Positions 1-9,257 of a stretch of DNA of 34,323 nt are shown here, piece by piece. Both the position numbers and the translations under genes were made by a program. Source of the DNA: an uncultured Erysipelotrichaceae bacterium. GTDB taxonomy: Bacteria > Bacillota_I > Bacilli_A > RF39 > UBA660. The stretch's first letter is position 1; every line of letters begins with the position of its first letter. The stretch lies in assembly GCA_902783265.1 (NCBI GenBank), contig CACZQJ010000072.1, positions 1 through 34,323 of the forward strand. The letters run 5' to 3'. The notes below the pieces were generated by a model. It was not told the DNA's origin. It ran no database searches and saw only the letters and a list, made by a program, of their open reading frames with translations.

Positions 1-60
1 ATCGAACCGATGCATAACGGAACCACAATCCGCCGTGTTAACCACTTCACCAATTCCGCC
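1..60 (-). tRNA. tRNA-His (anticodon GUG), 3' end cut off by the window edge
   Basis: The reverse complement folds as a tRNA: extra 5' G(-1), acceptor GCGGAAT, D arm GTG/CAC, anticodon stem GCGGA/TCCGT with loop TTGTGGT (anticodon GTG), 5-nt variable loop, and T arm ATCGG followed by TTCGAT. It closely resembles Bacillus tRNA-His as I remember it. Confidence 0.85.
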
Positions 61-163
61 ATTTGAAAGACATATATATTTTATCAGTAAATTAATCATT
101 TTTCAAGTATATTTTATTATTTTGTAAAATTAGGCTTTTATCCACACTTTACTTGATGGGCAT

Positions 164-171
164 CATACTAT
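164..171 (+). promoter_or_regulatory. Candidate sigma-E-type -10 element (CATACTAT) upstream of the cotJ genes
   Basis: CATACTAT lies about 20 nt upstream of the SD/ATG at 192 and resembles the mother-cell sigma-E -10 consensus CATACA-T. cotJ is sigma-E dependent in B. subtilis. The -35 match is poor, so this is tentative. Confidence 0.3.
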
Positions 172-191
172 AATGTGAAAGGGGTAATTAG

Positions 192-746
192 ATGAATAAC
201 TATTATAATCCGGGTGAGATGAATATGCCTAATAATTTTAATTCTATATATCCTGGTTTTTTCAATAATATAAATGGCGTGAACAATTTAAAAAATGAAA
301 ATTATTCTAATGTTGATATGAAACTTGTAAATAAGCTTAAAGGGCAAGCTGGGGATAACATGAATTTTAATAAATCTGACTTTAATGGAGAGTCAAGTCC
401 TAATGAATTATATGATGTTTATAATGGTTTTATTAGGGGTAATATGTTTCCAAATTTATTTAATCAATATAAATTAAATCGGCCTTATGATGTAAAACCG
501 ATGAATGAACAGGCAGAACTTCTTACTAAAGTTGATGCTTATTGTTTTGCTGCTCATGAAGTTAATCTATATTTAGATACTCATCCTTTTGATCGAGATA
601 TGATTAATTTATTTAAAGAACTTTCTTTAGATTCTAATAAAGCTATAAATGATTATGAGAGTAAGTATGGACCGCTTTTTGTAGATTCGAGTGAAACTTA
701 TCCTTGGGCATGGAATATGTCACCATGGCCTTGGGAAATTAATTAG
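192..746 (+). CDS. cotJB: Spore coat-associated protein, apparent CotJA-CotJB fusion with an N/Y-rich N-terminus
   Basis: SD AAGGGG precedes the ATG. The C-terminal part (QAELLTKVDAYCFAAHEVNLYLDTHPFDRDMINLF...YGPL) is the CotJB signature. The preceding NELYDVYNGFIRGNMFPNLFNQY resembles the CotJA motif (AL..GT.FP.L..PY). The gene lies directly upstream of cotJC. Confidence 0.75.
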   Translation: MNNYYNPGEMNMPNNFNSIYPGFFNNINGVNNLKNENYSNVDMKLVNKLKGQAGDNMNFNKSDFNGESSPNELYDVYNGFIRGNMFPNLFNQYKLNRPYDVKPMNEQAELLTKVDAYCFAAHEVNLYLDTHPFDRDMINLFKELSLDSNKAINDYESKYGPLFVDSSETYPWAWNMSPWPWEIN

Positions 747-757
747 GGGGTTGGATT

Positions 758-1327
758 ATGTGGAAATATGAGAAAAAATTGCAATATCCGGTTAATATTA
801 AAAATAAAGATTTAAATATGGCAAAATGTATTCTAACGCAGTATGGAGGGCCTGCTGGCGAACTTGCTGCGGCTTGGCAATATTTAGATCAAAGATATAT
901 AATGCCAGATGATAGAGGTAAAGCATTACTTACTGATATTGGTACTGAAGAGCTTGCTCATGTTGAAATTATTAGCACTATGCTTTATCAACTAATGAAA
1001 GGTGCTACTAAGGAAGAATTAAAGCGTGCTGGGTTAGATAGTCAGTATGCTCAGTTTGGTAAAGATTTATTTCCATCTGATGCATTTGGTAATCCTTTTA
1101 ATATGACTTATATTAAGGTTTCTGGGGATTATATAGCTGATATTGAAAGCGACATGGGTGCAGAACAGAGAGCTAGAGCAACTTATGAACATTTGATGGA
1201 TTTGACTGATGATCCTGACATACTTTGTCCATTATCATTTTTAAGGCAAAGGGAAATAATTCATTATCAAAGATTTAAAGAACTTAGGGATTATTATTTA
1301 GAAATGAAAAACAAAGCCAATGGTTAG
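758..1327 (+). CDS. cotJC: Spore coat protein CotJC (manganese catalase family)
   Basis: SD GGGGG is present. YPVNIKNKDLNMAKCILTQYGGPAGELAAAWQYLDQRY...GTEELAHVEII...AEQRARATYEHL is typical of CotJC/Mn-catalase ferritin-like proteins. The length of 189 aa matches CotJC. Confidence 0.9.
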   Translation: MWKYEKKLQYPVNIKNKDLNMAKCILTQYGGPAGELAAAWQYLDQRYIMPDDRGKALLTDIGTEELAHVEIISTMLYQLMKGATKEELKRAGLDSQYAQFGKDLFPSDAFGNPFNMTYIKVSGDYIADIESDMGAEQRARATYEHLMDLTDDPDILCPLSFLRQREIIHYQRFKELRDYYLEMKNKANG

Positions 1328-1344
1328 TCGGCTTTGCTTTTTTT
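1312..1344. terminator. Hairpin CAAAGCC-N11-GGCTTTG flanked by an A-run and a T-run, spanning both convergent stop codons (cotJC / typA)
   Basis: A 7-bp stem is followed by CTTTTTTT and preceded by GAAAAA. The cotJC stop (1325-1327) and the typA stop (1324-1326) both sit in the loop. Confidence 0.45.
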
Positions 1345-3144
1345 ATTTTCATATTTTTTCCTATCTTGGGTATTTAGGATTTTCTTTCGCATTCTATAGT
1401 TAAGTGGAGTTACTTCAACTAATTCATCCTCATTAATATAGTCTAAACATACTTCTAGGCTCATTTCTCTTGGTCTTTTTAAAACTACAGTGTGGTCTTT
1501 ATTCGCACTTCTTGTATTAGTCATTTGTTTTCCTTTAGTAACGTTTACAGCTAAATCATTTTCATGGTTGTTTTCACCAACGATCATTCCTTCATAAACT
1601 TCAGTACCTGGTTCAACAAACATAATTCCTCTGTCTTCTAATGATCCTAAAGCATAAGCTGTTGCTTTGCCATTATCAATCGAAACAAGTACTCCGGCTT
1701 TTCTTTGTCCAACATTTGTTGATATCATTTCTTCATAAGATGAAAATGTATGGCTTATGATTCCATATCCTTTTGTTAGTGTCATGAATTCGGTCATAAA
1801 ACCGATTAATCCTCTAGAGGGCATACTGTAGTTTATCCTAGTTTGGCCTTCTTTTGTGTCCATATTTTGCATGATTCCTCCACGTAAACCTAGCATTTCA
1901 ATAATGCTACCCATATATTCTTCTGGCACATCTACCTGGACGTCTTCAAATGGTTCATATGTTTTTCCATCTATTTCTTTGGTAATAATTTGTGGTTTAG
2001 AAACTTGAAGTTCATAGCCTTCTCTTCGCATGTTTTCAATTAATATTGATAGATGTAGTTCTCCCCTACCTGAAACTATCCAAGATTCTGAGTCTAGCTG
2101 TCTTACTTTTAATGATACATCCCTTTCAGTTTCTTTCATTAATCTCTCTTCTATTTTTCTTGCCGTTATTAATTTACCTTCTCTACCATTAAACGGAGAC
2201 GTGTTTACGCCAAAGGTCATTTGTAAGGTTGGCTCGTCTATTCTAAGTGTTGGTAGTGCCTCTTCTTTACCTATTTCACACACTGTTTCTCCAACAGAAA
2301 TATCAGGAAGTCCTGCAATCGCAACAATATCTCCAGCATGAGCTTCTGTTACTTCTATTTTATTTAATCCGAAATATCCAAATATTTTTTGAACTCTAAA
2401 CTGCTTAATAGTTCCATCTAATCTTACGCATGAAACCATACTATTAAGTTTTAAAGTACCTCTTTTTACAAGACCTACTCCTATTCTTCCAACATAATCG
2501 TTATAATCGAGTAAGGCTGGTTGGAATTGTAGCGATCCGTCTGGATTAACATTAGGCTCTGGAATGTGTTTTATAACTGTATCCAATATTGGTTCCATTG
2601 TTTTTTCTTGGGTGTTGATGTCAGGGTCATAACTAGACGTTCCTTCAATGGCTGAAGCATAAATTACTGGGAAATCTAACTGTTCTAAACTTGCTCCTAG
2701 TTCGATAAATAAGTCCATAACTTCGTCTACCACTTCTTTAGGGCGTGCTGCTTCTTTATCTATTTTATTAACAACGACTATTGGTACAACACCTGCTTCT
2801 AAAGCTTTTTTTAGAACAAATCTCGTTTGTGGCATTGTTCCTTCATAGGCATCAACTACCAGTAACACCCCATCAACCATATTCATGATTCGTTCAACTT
2901 CTCCGCCAAAGTCAGCGTGTCCTGGTGTATCTAATATATTAATTCTATATCCTTTATAGTCTATTGCGGTTGTCTTAGCTAGAATAGTGATTCCTCTTTC
3001 TCTTTCGATATCGTTGGAATCCATAGCTCTTTTTTGAACCTCTTCATTTTCTCTAAATGTGCCGGCGCTTTTTAACAATTCATCTACAAGTGTGGTTTTA
3101 CCATGATCGACATGGGCAATTATGGCAATATTTCTTTGTTTCAT
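1324..3144 (-). CDS. typA: Translational GTPase TypA/BipA
   Basis: [24 protein letters not shown]...[13 protein letters not shown]...[14 protein letters not shown]...NKID gives GTPase motifs G1-G4 and EF-G-like domains over about 606 aa. I prefer the ATG at 3144 (SD AGAGGGAG 6 nt upstream) over the GTG at 3162 in the ORF track. Confidence 0.93.
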   Translation of the reverse strand: MKQRNIAIIAHVDHGKTTLVDELLKSAGTFRENEEVQKRAMDSNDIERERGITILAKTTAIDYKGYRINILDTPGHADFGGEVERIMNMVDGVLLVVDAYEGTMPQTRFVLKKALEAGVVPIVVVNKIDKEAARPKEVVDEVMDLFIELGASLEQLDFPVIYASAIEGTSSYDPDINTQEKTMEPILDTVIKHIPEPNVNPDGSLQFQPALLDYNDYVGRIGVGLVKRGTLKLNSMVSCVRLDGTIKQFRVQKIFGYFGLNKIEVTEAHAGDIVAIAGLPDISVGETVCEIGKEEALPTLRIDEPTLQMTFGVNTSPFNGREGKLITARKIEERLMKETERDVSLKVRQLDSESWIVSGRGELHLSILIENMRREGYELQVSKPQIITKEIDGKTYEPFEDVQVDVPEEYMGSIIEMLGLRGGIMQNMDTKEGQTRINYSMPSRGLIGFMTEFMTLTKGYGIISHTFSSYEEMISTNVGQRKAGVLVSIDNGKATAYALGSLEDRGIMFVEPGTEVYEGMIVGENNHENDLAVNVTKGKQMTNTRSANKDHTVVLKRPREMSLEVCLDYINEDELVEVTPLNYRMRKKILNTQDRKKYENKKSKAD

Positions 3145-3171
3145 ACTACTCCCTCTTTTCACACAGGGTTA

Positions 3172-3200
3172 ATTATATCACTTATAAATTTAAATGACAA
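3172..3200 (-). promoter_or_regulatory. Sigma-A-type promoter for typA (TTGTCA-17-TATAAT with TG extension)
   Basis: On the minus strand the sequence reads TTGTCA, a 17-nt spacer ending in TGA, then TATAAT. This lies about 28 nt upstream of the typA start. Confidence 0.55.
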
Positions 3201-3280
3201 GCTATTTTTTATTATCTGCTTAAGCTAATTATACTGTGGAAAAAATGCTTTTAAAGTTATATAATAATTATGGTGATGAT

Positions 3281-3898
3281 ATGAAAAAGCTATATCTAGT
3301 GTTAATAATATTTTTGCTTTTTAATTTCAAGTCTGTAAAGGCTCAAACTATAAGTTTTTATAAATGTATCGATGGTGATACGGTCAGTTTAAAAATAAAC
3401 GGCAAAGTTCATAAAGTAAGGTTTTTAGCTGTTGATGCCCCCGAAATTAAACATGGTGATAAAAAAGCTGATCCTTACGGGGATCAAGCTAAATTATATA
3501 CTTGCTTTGCTTTAAAAACTGCTAAAGAAATAAAAATTGAATATGATCAAAATAGTGATAAAACTGATAAATATGGAAGACATTTAGCTTGGGTGTTTGT
3601 GGATGGCAATTTGCTTCAAGCTAAATTAGTTGAAAATGGTTTAGCTAGAGTCGCTTATTTGTATGATAATTATAAATATACAGATGATTTAAAAAAACTA
3701 GAAGCTGTGGCTAACATTAAGAAAATAAATATGTGGGGTGATTGTGATTACACTCAATATATTATTTTGGGTATTTTATTTATTATTGTGATTATCATAT
3801 GTATTTTTGATAAGAATTTTCGAAAAAAAACTATTAATAAGGTGAAGAAAAAAGTATATAATAAAACTACTTCGGAAATGGATAAATTATTTAAATAG
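3281..3898 (+). CDS. Secreted/membrane-anchored thermonuclease (staphylococcal nuclease, SNase family)
   Basis: There is a signal peptide (MKKLYLVLIIFLLFNFKSVKA). The SNase core reads DGDTVSLKINGKVHKVRFLAVDAPE...YGDQA...DKYGRHLAWVFVDGNLLQAKLVENGLARV. A C-terminal hydrophobic anchor (IILGILFIIVIIICIF) follows. I chose the ATG at 3281 over the upstream GTG at 3236. Confidence 0.85.
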   Translation: MKKLYLVLIIFLLFNFKSVKAQTISFYKCIDGDTVSLKINGKVHKVRFLAVDAPEIKHGDKKADPYGDQAKLYTCFALKTAKEIKIEYDQNSDKTDKYGRHLAWVFVDGNLLQAKLVENGLARVAYLYDNYKYTDDLKKLEAVANIKKINMWGDCDYTQYIILGILFIIVIIICIFDKNFRKKTINKVKKKVYNKTTSEMDKLFK

Positions 3899-4024
3899 TT
3901 TTGTCATTTAATTGACATTTTTTTACCACAAAGAGCTTGAAAAACAAAATCTTTTATTTCTTTTGTAAATTTACTTTATGCCGTAAAGCCCTATTGTGCT
4001 TGTTCAATGGTAATATTTTCAAAA

Positions 4025-4055
4025 AAACATATAAGTTTAGCTTATATGTTTTTTA
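4025..4055. terminator. Bidirectional intrinsic terminator between the nuclease and NUDIX genes
   Basis: Stem AAACATATAAG/CTTATATGTTT is flanked by an A-run on the left and a T-run on the right. It overlaps the NUDIX stop codon. Confidence 0.7.
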
Positions 4056-4490
4056 TTCTTCTCCAAGGTATGTTCTTAGAATGTAGTCCATAGTTATTTT
4101 GACATCAGGAAAAACTGACATTCTATCGAGTTCTGTTCTGGTGAACCAACCAATTTCAATACTTTCATCATTTATTTTTAATTCAGCATCTGCGTTATTT
4201 GGAACGCCCCAATAAATAATATCAATAAATCTTTTGCCATCTTTTTTTCGATTGCACTGAATACCTAATGGCCTTATTAGATCATCTTCTCTTGGAAAAT
4301 GCTCTCCTTTTAAAGTGATTTTAATACCTGTTTCTTCATAAACTTCTCTAATAGCTGTTTCTTCAGGGTTCTCTTCGTCTTCAATATGTCCTCCTGGTTG
4401 AACCCATTTGTCATAATCACCATGTTTTACTAATAAAATTGTCTTGTTTTCTGGATTAATGACAAAAACTGAAGCGCAATAATGTTTCAT
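4053..4490 (-). CDS. NUDIX hydrolase
   Basis: The Nudix box GGHIEDEENPEETAIREVYEETGI matches GX5EX7REUXEEXGU. The protein is 145 aa with SD GGTGA. Confidence 0.88.
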   Translation of the reverse strand: MKHYCASVFVINPENKTILLVKHGDYDKWVQPGGHIEDEENPEETAIREVYEETGIKITLKGEHFPREDDLIRPLGIQCNRKKDGKRFIDIIYWGVPNNADAELKINDESIEIGWFTRTELDRMSVFPDVKITMDYILRTYLGEE

Positions 4491-4531
4491 AATATCACCG
4501 ATTAAATTATAACAAATATATATTTATAAAT

Positions 4532-5251
4532 CTAGTTTAGAACGTCATAACTATCGTCATTTACGTTTTTTCCGTAAACTTTGAAATTGTTTTCTAGGTC
4601 TAAAGTAGCTAAAATTACGTCTTTTAATTTAATTTCTTTTACTTTTAATTTTTGTATTAGCCATTTTTCATCTTTGTGTACATCTTTTAATGCACCTTCA
4701 ATTATTTGACCATCAATTATTAAATTTACACATAATCCTTTTTTGTTTGCTTTTAATTTTAAGTCTTTATTTGTTGGTTTTTGGTAATTTGGTTTAGCTA
4801 AAAAACTAATTTTTCCGTTAGCTTCCATTAGAGCATAATCTATTTCTGATATATCAAAATAGCCATTTATTCTCGCTTCTTCTAATAAGTCATTTATATC
4901 AAATTTTGATTTTCTGAGGCTATTATATAAAATTTTTCCATCTTTTATTAAAATGTTTGGATCACCAATAATAAACTTTCTTATTTTTAAGCTTTTCATG
5001 GTTATTACGGAGACTAAATAGGCTACTACCCCAAAGACTATAACAGCAATAGTTCCATGTAGGTATGAGGAATCTAAATTAATAGCCATTTCGGCAGCAA
5101 AATTACCAATGGAAATTCCTATTACATAGTCAAACAGGCTAAACTGTGAAACTTGTTTTTTACCAATCATTTTTGTTACAAAAAATAGGGTTACTAAGGA
5201 AACTAAACATCTTAAAATAACATCTAATAAGTCTATTATTTCTTTTTTCAT
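4532..5251 (-). CDS. DUF421 (YetF family) membrane protein
   Basis: The N-terminal TM region reads LVTLFFVTKMIGKKQVSQFSLFDYVIGISIGNFAAEM. It is followed by a soluble C-terminal domain with the ...DGKILYNSLRKSKFDINDLLEEARINGY...ALMEANGKISF pattern. I prefer the ATG at 5251 (SD GGTGA). Confidence 0.75.
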   Translation of the reverse strand: MKKEIIDLLDVILRCLVSLVTLFFVTKMIGKKQVSQFSLFDYVIGISIGNFAAEMAINLDSSYLHGTIAVIVFGVVAYLVSVITMKSLKIRKFIIGDPNILIKDGKILYNSLRKSKFDINDLLEEARINGYFDISEIDYALMEANGKISFLAKPNYQKPTNKDLKLKANKKGLCVNLIIDGQIIEGALKDVHKDEKWLIQKLKVKEIKLKDVILATLDLENNFKVYGKNVNDDSYDVLN

Positions 5252-5296
5252 GTTATCACCATTTTTATTATGCATATAAAAAAAGTAATTATACAA

Positions 5297-6352
5297 TTAC
5301 TTTCTCTTAAGCAGTTTTGGTAAATTTTGTTTGTCAACAACTATATCGGTTGTTAAAACAAATGTTACAACTATTATAGTAAGGACTGTATATATTATAT
5401 ATCCTAATTTTTGATCGTGTAGTACATATATAATAGAAGCAAAAGCAAATAATATATCAATTCCATATATGATTAAAACTGTTGTTCTGTGTGAAAAGTT
5501 TTTGTTTAATAGTTGATGATGTGAATGTTTTTTATCAGGTTTTGATATTTTCTCACCCTTTAAAAGTCTTCTTATAATAGCAAATATGGTATCAAGTATA
5601 GGAATTGCTAGAATTAATAATGGTATTATTAGGGAAGTTAAAGTAACACTTTTAAATCCTAATAAGGCGATTACTGCTATCATAAATCCCATAAATAATG
5701 AGCCTGAATCTCCAGCAAATATTGTGGCTGGTTGGAAGTTGTGAACTAAAAATCCTAACACAGCTCCTAGCATTATAAATGTTAAAACGAAATCTAGGCC
5801 AATTTTTCCCATAATAATCGAAATTATCCCAATAGTTGCAAAATATATTGCACTTATTCCGGCAGCTAGTCCATCTAGGCCATCAATTAAATTTATGCAA
5901 TTTAAACATCCTAGCACGAAAAATATAGTTATCGGATATGATAAAATTCCAAAATCGAAGTACAATCCAAAAACAGTAATATTTTGGATGAGCAATTTAC
6001 CATATATAGCGATTGTGGCTGCCGATACTAGTTGAGCGGCAAATTTAACAGATGATTTTAATGGTTTTATATCATCGACAGTTCCTGTTAAAACAACTAT
6101 GAAGCTTCCTATTAAAATGGAATTCATTGTACTACTTGGTTCGCCAAATATCATATAACCTAATAAAAATCCTAAAAACATGGCCAGACCGCCTAGTCTT
6201 GGCATTGGTTTACTATGAACTTTTCTTTCGTTTGGAATATCTAAAGCACCGACATGTATTGCAACTTTTTTGATAAATGGAACTAGTATAGTAACTGATA
6301 AAAATGTGGTTGTTATCATTAGGAGTATTTTAATCATTACATCTAGATTCAT
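5297..6352 (-). CDS. tagO: Undecaprenyl-phosphate GlcNAc-1-phosphate transferase (glycosyltransferase family 4, TagO/WecA-like)
   Basis: The product is polytopic and carries DIPNERKVHSKPMPRLGGLAMF, DDIKPL, NLIDGLDGLA and FAGDSGSLFMGF, which are MraY/WecA family motifs. I prefer the ATG at 6352 (SD AGAGGTGA). Confidence 0.85.
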   Translation of the reverse strand: MNLDVMIKILLMITTTFLSVTILVPFIKKVAIHVGALDIPNERKVHSKPMPRLGGLAMFLGFLLGYMIFGEPSSTMNSILIGSFIVVLTGTVDDIKPLKSSVKFAAQLVSAATIAIYGKLLIQNITVFGLYFDFGILSYPITIFFVLGCLNCINLIDGLDGLAAGISAIYFATIGIISIIMGKIGLDFVLTFIMLGAVLGFLVHNFQPATIFAGDSGSLFMGFMIAVIALLGFKSVTLTSLIIPLLILAIPILDTIFAIIRRLLKGEKISKPDKKHSHHQLLNKNFSHRTTVLIIYGIDILFAFASIIYVLHDQKLGYIIYTVLTIIVVTFVLTTDIVVDKQNLPKLLKRK

Positions 6353-6407
6353 AAAGCTCACCTCTAGTTATAATTTTATCATATTTTTACTGTTTATTCT
6401 ACTTTTA

Positions 6408-7790
6408 CTATAAATTATCTTTGTAAAATGCTTTGTAAGCTTTAAATGCATTATAAATATCAAACTTGCTAGAAATTTCATATGGAGAGTGCATGGACAT
6501 TATTGGAATTCCACAGTCTATAACGTCCATTCCTTTGTTAGCTAAAATATATGCAATGGTACCACCTCCACCAATACCTATTTTACCCATTTCCGAAACT
6601 TGATATACAACATTATTACTTTCAAATATGTTTCTTATGTAACCTAAATATTCAGCACTTGCATCTGAAGCTCCTCCTTTTGAGGCACTACCGGTGTACT
6701 TCATTAATGATATTCCTCTATTTAAGTATGACTCATTATTTTTTTCATATATATCTGGGTAATTTGGATTATAAGCTCCGGTAACATCGGCTGATAGCAC
6801 TTTTGAATTATTATATATTTTGTTTTTTTCTGTTTTTTCAATGTTTGCTTTTTCTAGCAGCATATCAACAAAATAATCAAAAGTATTTGAAAACATTCCA
6901 GTATTTCCCATGCTGCCTATTTCTTCTTTGTCTACTAGAATACATAAGGCTGTTTTTTTGGGGTTTTCAATATCTAAAATGGCTTTTATGGATGCATAAG
7001 AACAAACTCTATCGTCTTGCCCATATCCTCCCACTAATGATCTATCAAATCCTAAATCTCTTGCTTTCATAGCTGGGGTAAATTCTATTTCACTGCTTAC
7101 AAAATCATTTTCTGTAATTCCATATTTTTCATTTAAAATAGTTAAAATGTTTAGTTTAACCTTTTCTTCATTATCTTTATTTATTGGAATACTACCAGCT
7201 AGTATGTTTAAGTCTTCAGCTTCTATTCCATCTTTTAATGTTTTCTTTTCTTGCTTGCTGGATAGATGTGGTAACAAATCAGCTATAGTAAATACGGGGT
7301 CTTCTTCTTTTTCACCAATATTTATTTCTACTTTTTCATTATTCTTTTTAATAATTACTCCGTGCATAGATAATGGGATATTTACCCACTGATATTTTTT
7401 TATACCTCCATAATAATGAGTTTTTAATAAAGCTAATTCGTTTGTTTCGTATAATGGATTAGGTTTTAAATCTAGTCTTGGGCTATCCATGTGAGCCCCT
7501 ATCATATTAAAACCTCTATTTAAATCTTCACCTATAATGGCAGCATATACATTTTTTCCTCTATTTATGTAATATATTTTGTCATTTGTTTTTAAAGTGT
7601 TAACGTCTTCAATGTTTTTGTAGCCACTATCTTTTAACATTTTTTCAATTGTTTTTGTACATTCTCTTTCAGTTTTACTTTCATTTATAAAATGAATAAA
7701 TCCTTGGGAAAAATTATAGATTCTTTCTTTTTCATCTATATTAATATTTTCCCAAGGATTTCTTTTTTCTTTTAATAATTTTTCTTCCAT
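6408..7790 (-). CDS. M18 family aminopeptidase
   Basis: The 460-aa product has GAHMDSPRLDLKPNPLYE, YGQDDRVCSY, VDKEEIGS and SMHSP, as in aspartyl/M18 aminopeptidases. SD is AAAGGTGA. Confidence 0.85.
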   Translation of the reverse strand: MEEKLLKEKRNPWENINIDEKERIYNFSQGFIHFINESKTERECTKTIEKMLKDSGYKNIEDVNTLKTNDKIYYINRGKNVYAAIIGEDLNRGFNMIGAHMDSPRLDLKPNPLYETNELALLKTHYYGGIKKYQWVNIPLSMHGVIIKKNNEKVEINIGEKEEDPVFTIADLLPHLSSKQEKKTLKDGIEAEDLNILAGSIPINKDNEEKVKLNILTILNEKYGITENDFVSSEIEFTPAMKARDLGFDRSLVGGYGQDDRVCSYASIKAILDIENPKKTALCILVDKEEIGSMGNTGMFSNTFDYFVDMLLEKANIEKTEKNKIYNNSKVLSADVTGAYNPNYPDIYEKNNESYLNRGISLMKYTGSASKGGASDASAEYLGYIRNIFESNNVVYQVSEMGKIGIGGGGTIAYILANKGMDVIDCGIPIMSMHSPYEISSKFDIYNAFKAYKAFYKDNL

Positions 7791-7818
7791 AATATCACCT
7801 TTCTGGTTATATTATGGC

Positions 7819-8826
7819 CTAATAATTTTTATTTAAACCACTTTCTAGTACAGGAATGTTATCAAGAAGAACTCCCGTTCCCTCAACAACACATGTTAAT
7901 GGTGTTTCGGCTAAGAATACGGGAACTTTTAATTCATGACTAAGCAATTTATCAAAGCCATCGACCATTGCTCCGCCACCTGTCAAAACTATTCCTTTAT
8001 CAATAATATCGGCTGAAAGTTCTGGTGAAGTTTGCTCTAATACTTGTTTTGCGGTATTGACAACTATGTGTGCACTTTCTCTTAAGGCTTCTTCTACTTC
8101 ATCTGAAGTTAAGGTGATTGTATGAGGAAGTCCAGTCACAAGATCCCTTCCTCTAACTTCCATTTTTTCTTGTTTTGAGCCAGGAAAAACAGTTCCTATT
8201 TTAAATTTTATATCTTCGGCTGTAACTTCTCCGACTAGTAATTTATATTTTTCTCTGATATATTTTATAATATCGTTATCAAATACATTTCCAGCAACTT
8301 TTATAGAGGCTGAATTGACAATTCCTCCTAATGATAATATGGCTACATCTGTTGTTCCGCCACCAATATCAATAACCATGTTGCCGCTTGGTTTTGAAAT
8401 ATCCATTCCAGCACCGATTGCAGCAACTTTCGGTTCTTCTTCAAGATATACTTTTCTTGCTCCTGTTTTTTCAGCGGCTTCTCTAATTGCATTTTTTTCT
8501 ACTTGAGTTATATTTGATGGACAACATATAAGAATTCGAGGGCGTGTGAAGAAACTTTTACCGTTTACTTTTCTGATAAAGTTATTTAGCATTATTTCAG
8601 TTATCTCAAAATCAGCAATTACACCATCTTTCATTGGTCTAATTGCTCTTACTTGGCCAGGCGTTCTTCCTAACATTTCTTTAGCTTCTGTCCCAACCGC
8701 GATTGGTTTTTTTGTATCTTCATCAATGACAACAACACTTGGTTCATTTAAAACTATTCCTTGCCCCTTTATGTAAATAAGAACATTGGCTGTTCCTAAG
8801 TCTATTCCGATATCTTTTGAAAACAT
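7819..8826 (-). CDS. mbl: Actin-like rod-shape protein MreB/Mbl
   Basis: The sequence is near-colinear with B. subtilis Mbl as I recall it (MF..DIGIDLGTANVLI..KG.GIVLNEPSVV...DIGGGTTD...LTGGGA). It lies downstream of spoIIID, as in Bacillus. The ATG at 8826 has SD AAGGTGA. Confidence 0.92.
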   Translation of the reverse strand: MFSKDIGIDLGTANVLIYIKGQGIVLNEPSVVVIDEDTKKPIAVGTEAKEMLGRTPGQVRAIRPMKDGVIADFEITEIMLNNFIRKVNGKSFFTRPRILICCPSNITQVEKNAIREAAEKTGARKVYLEEEPKVAAIGAGMDISKPSGNMVIDIGGGTTDVAILSLGGIVNSASIKVAGNVFDNDIIKYIREKYKLLVGEVTAEDIKFKIGTVFPGSKQEKMEVRGRDLVTGLPHTITLTSDEVEEALRESAHIVVNTAKQVLEQTSPELSADIIDKGIVLTGGGAMVDGFDKLLSHELKVPVFLAETPLTCVVEGTGVLLDNIPVLESGLNKNY

Positions 8827-8875
8827 TCTTATCACCTTTTTTCCTTTTTATATTATAGCACAGATAATTTTCTTT

Positions 8876-9136
8876 TTATATATTATATCGCATTTTTAAA
8901 TACTTTTTTTTAGTTGACTCCCCGCCTTTTATGTGTTTTATATCAGAGTGGTACTTGATTATTTTTTGGACTTCGCCATATAAGTTTAAATCTATATTTT
9001 TCAGTCTATCTTTTAAATCTTTATGAACTGTACTTTTAGATACGTTATATTTTCGAGCAATTTCTCTTATTGTCTCATTTGTTTTTACAATATAATAACT
9101 TTCTTTTAAGACTCTTTCTTTTATGTTATTTTTCAA
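8876..9136 (-). CDS. spoIIID: Stage III sporulation transcription factor SpoIIID
   Basis: IKERVLKESYYIVKTNETIREIARKYNVSKSTVHKDLKDRL matches the SpoIIID HTH, and the product is 86 aa. The start codon is TTG with SD GGAGG 6 nt upstream. Confidence 0.92.
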   Translation of the reverse strand: MKNNIKERVLKESYYIVKTNETIREIARKYNVSKSTVHKDLKDRLKNIDLNLYGEVQKIIKYHSDIKHIKGGESTKKKYLKMRYNI

Positions 9137-9205
9137 GAAAAACCTCCTTCATTTAAGTATATAAATCTGTAGTTTTTTTAATACTTTAAAAAGAGATTTT
9201 CTAAA

Positions 9206-9238
9206 TAAAAACCTCGTTTCTATGTCCAAGAAACGGGG
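9206..9238 (-). terminator. Intrinsic terminator after the spoIIQ-like gene
   Basis: The minus-strand RNA reads CCCCGUUUC-N9-GAAACGAGG followed by UUUUU. Confidence 0.7.
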
Positions 9239-9257
9239 TTCATATCAGTTTTTAATT

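Noticed and set aside
1-191. The tRNA-His at the window edge as a possible integration site for a genomic island.
   Set aside because: There is no integrase, no direct repeat of the tRNA 3' end, and no phage or mobile genes downstream. The neighbouring genes (cotJ, typA) are ordinary chromosomal genes.
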